NCBI RefSeq assembly: GCF_945882885.1
Contig: NZ_CAMCWT010000005.1
Location: 18,590-82,589, forward strand
Length of the DNA: 64,000 nt
Reading direction: 5' to 3'
From: Sandarakinorhabdus limnophila DSM 17366
GTDB lineage: Bacteria > Pseudomonadota > Alphaproteobacteria > Sphingomonadales > Sphingomonadaceae
The notes beneath the pieces were generated by a model, which saw nothing but the letters and a program-made list of their open reading frames with translations, searched no databases and had not been told where the DNA came from. The position numbers and the translations under genes are program-made. Numbering within the stretch: position 1 is the first letter of the stretch; each line of letters starts with the position of its first letter. Positions 58,744-64,000 of this stretch are shown in pieces.

Positions 58744-60306
58744 TCATGCCGCTTCGCTGTCCTTGTAACCCAGCACTGGTTTGCGGGCCGCCAGCGTCTC
58801 ATCCAGCCGGCGGCGCGGCGCGAAATGCGGCCCCGTGCGCCAGGCATCCGGATCGGCCAGCATTTGCGTCGCGACGTGGCGCATCGCCCCGATCAGCTGA
58901 TCGAGATTGGCCTTGCTCTCCGTCTCGGTGGGTTCAACCAGCATGGCGCCGTGCACCACCAGCGGGAAATAGACCGTCATCGGGTGGAAGCCTTCGTCGA
59001 TCAGCGCCTTGGCCAGATCGAGCGTGGAAAGCCCGGTGCCATCGAGGAAATCATCCGAGAACAGCGCTTCGTGCATGCACGGGCCGCTGGCGGCGAACGG
59101 CGCGGTGTAGAGATCCTTCAGGCTGGCAAGGATGTAATTGGCGTTGAGCACCGCATCCTCGGCGACCTGGCGCAGGCCATCGGCGCCGTGGCTCATCATG
59201 TAGCTGAGCGCGCGGACGAACATGCCCATCTGGCCGTGGAAGGCGACCATGCGGCCGAAGCTCTGGTTCGCATGGGTGCCGGCGGTGTCTTCTTCGACCA
59301 GTTCCAGGCCGGTCGCGGTCTTGCGCACGAATGGGATCGGCGCGAACGGGGCCAGCGCGGCCGACAGCACAACTGGGCCTGAACCCGGCCCGCCACCACC
59401 GTGCGGGGTGGAGAAGGTCTTGTGCAGGTTGATGTGCATGGCATCAACGCCCAGATCGCCGGGGCGCACGCGGCCAACGATGGCGTTGAAATTGGCACCG
59501 TCGCAATAGACATAGCCTCCCACCGCATGCACCGCATCGGAGATACGCTTCAGGTCAGGCTCGAACAGGCCGCAGGTGTTGGGGTTGGTGATCATCACCG
59601 CCGCCACATCCGGCCCGAGCCGAGCGAGCATTGCATCCAGATCGACCCGGCCGCGATCGTTGGCCGGAATGTTTTCCACGGTGAATCCGCAGAAGGCCGC
59701 GGTCGCCGGGTTGGTGCCATGCGCCGATTCCGGCACCAGCACGACGCGGCGCGGATCGTTCTTCGCATCAAGCGCGGCGCGGATCGCCACCATGCCGCAC
59801 AGCTCGCCATGGGCGCCGGCCTTGGGGCTCATGGCCACCGCCGGCATGCCGGTCAGCTTCATCAGCCAATCGGCCAGCACGTCGATCAGTTCGAGCGCGC
59901 CTTGCACGGTGGATTGCGGCTGCAGCGGGTGAATGTCGGCAAAGCCGGGCAGCCGCGCCATTTTCTCGTTCAGGCGCGGATTGTGCTTCATCGTGCACGA
60001 ACCCAGCGGGAAGATGCCGAGATCGATGGCATAATTCTGCCGCGACAGGCGGGTGTAGTGGCGCACGGCTTCCGGCTCGGAAAAGCCCGGGAGACCGATG
60101 ACGGCATCACGGCCAAGGCCGCCGAGGCGATCCGGAACCGGCGGCACCGGCGGCAGATCAACGCCCGACGTGTCGAGCGAGCCGCGCTCGAACAGCAACG
60201 GCTCTTCCAGCATCAGCGCCTTGTTGCCGGTGAAGGTTTCGGCGACGGCACCGGTGCCGGCGACGAGGCGGGTGGGGCGGCCCACGTTGTTCATTGCAGT
60301 CGTCAT
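58744..60306 (-). CDS. gcvPB: glycine dehydrogenase (decarboxylating) subunit 2
   Basis: 520 aa, typical of the GcvPB C-terminal half of P-protein (PLP Lys region HINLHKTFSTPHGGGGPG). Confidence 0.93.
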   Translation of the reverse strand: MTTAMNNVGRPTRLVAGTGAVAETFTGNKALMLEEPLLFERGSLDTSGVDLPPVPPVPDRLGGLGRDAVIGLPGFSEPEAVRHYTRLSRQNYAIDLGIFPLGSCTMKHNPRLNEKMARLPGFADIHPLQPQSTVQGALELIDVLADWLMKLTGMPAVAMSPKAGAHGELCGMVAIRAALDAKNDPRRVVLVPESAHGTNPATAAFCGFTVENIPANDRGRVDLDAMLARLGPDVAAVMITNPNTCGLFEPDLKRISDAVHAVGGYVYCDGANFNAIVGRVRPGDLGVDAMHINLHKTFSTPHGGGGPGSGPVVLSAALAPFAPIPFVRKTATGLELVEEDTAGTHANQSFGRMVAFHGQMGMFVRALSYMMSHGADGLRQVAEDAVLNANYILASLKDLYTAPFAASGPCMHEALFSDDFLDGTGLSTLDLAKALIDEGFHPMTVYFPLVVHGAMLVEPTETESKANLDQLIGAMRHVATQMLADPDAWRTGPHFAPRRRLDETLAARKPVLGYKDSEAA

Positions 60307-61673
60307 TACGCCATCACCTCGTCCAGCGCGTCTTCATACGCGTCAAAATCCTCGTCGGTCGCGGTTTCGGTCACCGCCACGATCATGGCGTTGGCCAGCG
60401 CTTTTTCGCCCGGCCACAACCGGCCCAGCGACACGCCGCCCAGCACGCCCTTTTCAGCCAGCTTGCGCACGACGGGGCGGACTTCGCGGCCAAGGTCCAA
60501 CGTGAATTCGTTGAAGAACGGCCCGTTCAGCAGAGTCACGCCGGGCACGCGGCTCAGCCGATCAGCCAGCTGCACGGCGCGGGCGTGATTGAGGCCGGCC
60601 AGATGGCGCAGGCCCTTTTCGCCCAGCAGCGACAGATGCGCGGAGAAGGCCAGCGCGATCAGGCCGGAATTGGTGCAGATGTTGCTGGTCGCCTTCTCGC
60701 GGCGGATATGCTGTTCGCGGGTGGACAGCGTCAGCACGAAACCACGCTTGCCGCTGGCGTCCACGGTTTCGCCGCACAGCCGGCCCGGGGCCTGGCGTAC
60801 ATGCTTTTCGCGGCAAGCAAACAAGCCCAGGTACGGCCCGCCAAACAGCAGCCCGGCGCCGAGCGATTGGCCTTCGCCCACCACGATATCGGCGCCCATT
60901 TCGCCCGGCGACTTGATGGCGCCCAACGAAACGATTTCGGTGACCACGACGATGAGAAGCGCGCCGGCCTTGTGGCAGGCATCGGCCAGCGGGGTGAGAT
61001 CGGCGACATGGCCAAACAGATTGGGGTTCTGCACGACGACGCAGCTGGTTTCGGCGTCAATGCTGGCAATCAGGCTGGACAGGTCATCGCCCGGCGCGCC
61101 CGGCGTGAACACCGGAGTTCCGGCTTCCACCACGTCGCCAGTGAAGCGGGTGAGCGTCTTCAGCACCGAGGTATAGTGCGGGTGGACACCGGCGGACACG
61201 ATGCACTTGGATTTGCGGGTGATGCGGCGCGCCATGAACACCGCTTCTGTCATGGCGGTGGAGCCGTCGTACATCGAGGCGTTGGCCACTTCCATGCCGG
61301 TGAGCCGCGCCACCTGGGTCTGGAATTCGAACAGGACCTGCAGGGTGCCTTGCGCGATTTCCGGTTGATAGGGCGTGTAGGCGGTGAGGAATTCGCCGCG
61401 CTGGATCACCATGTCCACCGTGGCCGGCACATGATGTTTGTAGGCGCCGCAGCCGACGAAGAAGGGCGTGGTGCTGGCGGTCAAATTCTTGCCGGCCATC
61501 TTCACCAGCGCGCGTTCCACCGCCATTTCGCTGGCGTGGTTCGGGAGGCCGGCAATGGGGCCATCCAGCACGGCTTCGGCCGGCACGTCCTGAAACAGAT
61601 CGTCGACGCTGGCGGCACCGATGGTGGCCAGCATGGCTGTACGGTCAGCCGTGGAAAGGGGCAGATAACGCAA
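60306..61673 (-). CDS. gcvPA: glycine dehydrogenase (decarboxylating) subunit 1
   Basis: The family N-terminus (M)[14 protein letters not shown] begins at the TTG at 61673, 8 nt after GGAG. The track start at 61730 would overlap the upstream gene. Confidence 0.9.
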   Translation of the reverse strand: MRYLPLSTADRTAMLATIGAASVDDLFQDVPAEAVLDGPIAGLPNHASEMAVERALVKMAGKNLTASTTPFFVGCGAYKHHVPATVDMVIQRGEFLTAYTPYQPEIAQGTLQVLFEFQTQVARLTGMEVANASMYDGSTAMTEAVFMARRITRKSKCIVSAGVHPHYTSVLKTLTRFTGDVVEAGTPVFTPGAPGDDLSSLIASIDAETSCVVVQNPNLFGHVADLTPLADACHKAGALLIVVVTEIVSLGAIKSPGEMGADIVVGEGQSLGAGLLFGGPYLGLFACREKHVRQAPGRLCGETVDASGKRGFVLTLSTREQHIRREKATSNICTNSGLIALAFSAHLSLLGEKGLRHLAGLNHARAVQLADRLSRVPGVTLLNGPFFNEFTLDLGREVRPVVRKLAEKGVLGGVSLGRLWPGEKALANAMIVAVTETATDEDFDAYEDALDEVMA

Positions 61674-61678
61674 GGGCC

Positions 61679-62449
61679 TTACTCCGGGAGATGGGCGGAA
61701 AAACGGATGCGGACATAATCGGCGATCCACTGGCCATTGGCGGCTTGCAGCGCCGGGGCGAGGAGAGCGACGGTTTCGGTGATGATCTGGTCTTTTTGGC
61801 CGTCAGGCACACCGGCAGCATCGATGAAGCCACCACGGAAGGTTTCCAGCCAGCCGGCCATGCCGCTTTCTGGCAGCGGCGTCGGGCGCGGGATGATGGC
61901 GCAGCTGTCCACCACGAAACCGCCCGCTTCCAGAACGGCGCGGAAGGCCTCGGCGGTGGGATAGAAGCTGGTTTCGGCTCCAGCGGCCGGGAAGCCGTGG
62001 CGGGCGAGCACAGCGATCAGCGCGGTGCGGATGGCCGCGATATTGGCGTGGCCGCCGAATTCGCCGACATAACGCCCACCGGGCTTCAATGCACGCTTCA
62101 CGCCCGCCGTCACCACGTCGGGCTGGCCGACCCAGTGTAGCGCGGCGTTGGTGAAGACGGCATCATATTCGCCATCGAAATCAAGCGCGAGCGCGTCACC
62201 CAGGCGGGCATCGATGCCCTTGGCCTGCGCTGCCGCCACCATCGCCGCATCGGCATCGACGCCGACAACGGTGCAGCCGGCGTCGATCAGCTTTTGCGTC
62301 AGCACACCATCGCCGCAGCCCAGATCGAGCACTTGGCTGCCCGGCTTCGGCGCCAGCAGGTCAAGCACCGCCGCCCCCAGCGCCGGCACGAAGCTGGCGT
62401 GGGTCGCATAGAGGGACGGATCCCACCGCGTGGCGGTGCCTGTGGTCAC
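61679..62449 (-). CDS. class I SAM-dependent methyltransferase (Tam-like)
   Basis: 256 aa. The GTG start directly abuts the gcvH stop. SAM motif I: [11 protein letters not shown]. Post-I: [10 protein letters not shown]. Confidence 0.8.
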   Translation of the reverse strand: MTTGTATRWDPSLYATHASFVPALGAAVLDLLAPKPGSQVLDLGCGDGVLTQKLIDAGCTVVGVDADAAMVAAAQAKGIDARLGDALALDFDGEYDAVFTNAALHWVGQPDVVTAGVKRALKPGGRYVGEFGGHANIAAIRTALIAVLARHGFPAAGAETSFYPTAEAFRAVLEAGGFVVDSCAIIPRPTPLPESGMAGWLETFRGGFIDAAGVPDGQKDQIITETVALLAPALQAANGQWIADYVRIRFSAHLPE

Positions 62450-62821
62450 TTACAGGCTGGCGACAAACGCGTCGTAAGCGGCCTTGTCCATCAAGCCATC
62501 CAGCTCCGACGCGTCAGACAGGGTGAGCTTGAAGAACCAACCGTCGGCTTCCGGCGCACTGTTGACCAGGCTCGGATCCTCGGGCAGCGCCGGATTGGAC
62601 TCGGTGACGGTGCCTGACACCGGGGCATAAACATCAGACGCGGCCTTCACCGATTCGACCACGGCAGCTTCCCCGCCCTTGGTCACGGCGCGACCGGCGT
62701 CGGGCAGATCGACGAACACGACGTCGCCCAGCTGGCCCTGCGCATAATCGGTGATACCAACGGTGGCTTCACCGCCGGCAACGTCGATCCATTCATGATC
62801 CTGCGTGTAAAGACGGCTCAT
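62450..62821 (-). CDS. gcvH: glycine cleavage system protein H
   Basis: 123 aa from the ATG at 62821: [14 protein letters not shown]...[16 protein letters not shown] (lipoyl-lysine motif). ATGA overlap with gcvT. Confidence 0.93.
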   Translation of the reverse strand: MSRLYTQDHEWIDVAGGEATVGITDYAQGQLGDVVFVDLPDAGRAVTKGGEAAVVESVKAASDVYAPVSGTVTESNPALPEDPSLVNSAPEADGWFFKLTLSDASELDGLMDKAAYDAFVASL

Positions 62822-63957
62822 TTCTTGTCCCCTTCCCGAACATAATTCTTCTGTTTGAAAGGCATCGGTACCACGGTGGCCGCGATCCGCTTGCCACGCA
62901 CTTCGATTTCCAGCGCCGTGCCATCGGCGGCACAGCCAGTGGCGACATAGGCCATGGCAATCGGCACGTTGAGGCTGGGCGCGAAACCGCCAGAGGTGAG
63001 CACGCCCACCTGTTCGGCGCCCACCCACACGGTCGCGCCTTCACGCGCCGGCATGCGGCCTTCAACGGCCAGGCCCACGCGCTTGCGGGCGGCGCCATTG
63101 AACAATTGATCGAGCACCCGCTCCGCACCGGGGAAACCGCCTTCCGCCTTGCGGCGCTTGGAAATGGCGAAGCTCAGATCGGCTTCGACCGGCGTGGTTT
63201 CCGGATCGAGATCATGACCATAGAGCGGCAGACCAGCTTCAAGCCGCAGCGAATCGCGCGCGCCGAGCCCGATGGCCTTCACCTCGGCATGCGCCAACAA
63301 TGCTTCGGCCAGCGCTTCGGCATATTCGGACGGCACCGAAATCTCGTAGCCATCTTCGCCGGTATAACCCGAGCGGGTAATGCCGAGCAGAATCCCGTTC
63401 CACAGCCAGCGCGCGCCGGCCATGAACTTGAGATCGGCAAAGGCCGGCTGATCGGCAGACTCGAGGGTGAGGTCGAACCGGCTCATCACCGTCACCGCCT
63501 CCGGGCCCTGCAGCGCCAGCAGCGCATGGTCTTCCATGTGGTGCAACGTGATTCCGGCCGGCAGCCGCGCCTGCATATGGGCCAGATCGCCATGCTTGGT
63601 GGCGCCGTTCACTACGAGGTAAAAGCTCTTGCCTGTATTGTTGACCATCAGGTCATCCAGGATGCCGCCATTGTCCGCCAGCAGCAGCGAATAACGCACG
63701 CGGTGGGGCTGCAACGCCTTGAAGTCACCGGGCGCCAAGCTTTCCAGCCATTCGGCGGCGCCTTCCCCTTCCAACAGCAACTGGCCCATGTGCGACACGT
63801 CGAACAGCCCAGCATGTTCACGCGTCCACAAATGCTCGGCGATGATGCCGTCAAACTGGATCGGCATGGCATAGCCAGCAAAAGACACCATGCGCGCGCC
63901 CAGGCGGCGGTGCAGCGCATCGAGCGGCAGTGTTTTCAGATCGGCATCATCAGCCAT
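62818..63957 (-). CDS. gcvT: glycine cleavage system aminomethyltransferase T
   Basis: About 379 aa from the ATG at 63957: ...[29 protein letters not shown]... Confidence 0.93.
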   Translation of the reverse strand: MADDADLKTLPLDALHRRLGARMVSFAGYAMPIQFDGIIAEHLWTREHAGLFDVSHMGQLLLEGEGAAEWLESLAPGDFKALQPHRVRYSLLLADNGGILDDLMVNNTGKSFYLVVNGATKHGDLAHMQARLPAGITLHHMEDHALLALQGPEAVTVMSRFDLTLESADQPAFADLKFMAGARWLWNGILLGITRSGYTGEDGYEISVPSEYAEALAEALLAHAEVKAIGLGARDSLRLEAGLPLYGHDLDPETTPVEADLSFAISKRRKAEGGFPGAERVLDQLFNGAARKRVGLAVEGRMPAREGATVWVGAEQVGVLTSGGFAPSLNVPIAMAYVATGCAADGTALEIEVRGKRIAATVVPMPFKQKNYVREGDKK

Positions 63958-64000
63958 ACGGCCCCCGGCAACAGTCACGGTTCAGCCTTGTGCCAAACCT

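Noticed and set aside
63958-64000. A glycine riboswitch upstream of gcvT.
   Set aside because: It is expected from established knowledge, but only 43 nt remain before the window edge, which is too little to recognise an aptamer.

Overview
GC-rich, very gene-dense chromosomal segment with about 76 protein-coding genes. Almost every base is accounted for; the largest non-coding gaps are about 243, 180, 180, 157 and 154 nt. The gene content points to an alphaproteobacterium, probably a sphingomonad-type organism. That call rests on GapR/DUF2312, a two-domain cold-shock protein, split gcvPA/gcvPB, a type-B L36, a PEP-CTERM protein with a PEPxxW anchor, a TonB-dependent receptor and many SDR/crotonase/thiolase genes. 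It is inference only; no search was run.

Recognisable blocks, left to right:
- tldD-PNPOx-DUF2007-glnB-gpmA
- TonB receptor / ABC ATPase / nadB
- a 7TMR-DISM GGDEF-EAL protein
- leuC
- yebC-(exported NTF2-like)-ruvC-ruvA-ruvB
- orphan CoxS/CoxM-type subunits
- gapR
- pyk
- rpmJ (missing from the supplied ORF track)
- xseB-ispA, coaD, a cyclophilin, queA
- mgtE
- a crotonase/thiolase pair
- glutathione-dependent formaldehyde detoxification (frmA-fghA)
- infA
- a CoxG-XdhC-MocA maturation cassette
- a MarR cassette
- a tesA/ybbA/ybbP-like module
- a PEP-CTERM protein
- gcvT-gcvH-(methyltransferase)-gcvPA-gcvPB

I saw no rRNA, tRNA, CRISPR array, transposase, integrase, phage gene, or recognisable defence or toxin-antitoxin gene. 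The window therefore reads as core genome rather than an island.

I did not find a compelling, self-contained novel system. The best leads are:
1. A translationally coupled Moco-maturation cassette that ends in a Tat-signal dienelactone hydrolase and has no molybdoenzyme. Orphan CoxS/CoxM genes lie 25 kb away.
2. An AT-rich islet after infA carrying twin palindromes, a C8 tract and an orphan ORF with an ambiguous frame and start.
3. Several atypical insertions into otherwise canonical operons: an exported NTF2-like gene in yebC-ruvCAB, a hydrolase in ybbA-ybbP, and a methyltransferase in the gcv operon.

Many long ORFs in the supplied track are antisense high-GC artefacts and were rejected. 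Many track starts were trimmed to internal ATG/GTG/TTG starts, supported by 1- or 4-nt stop/start overlaps or by family N-termini.
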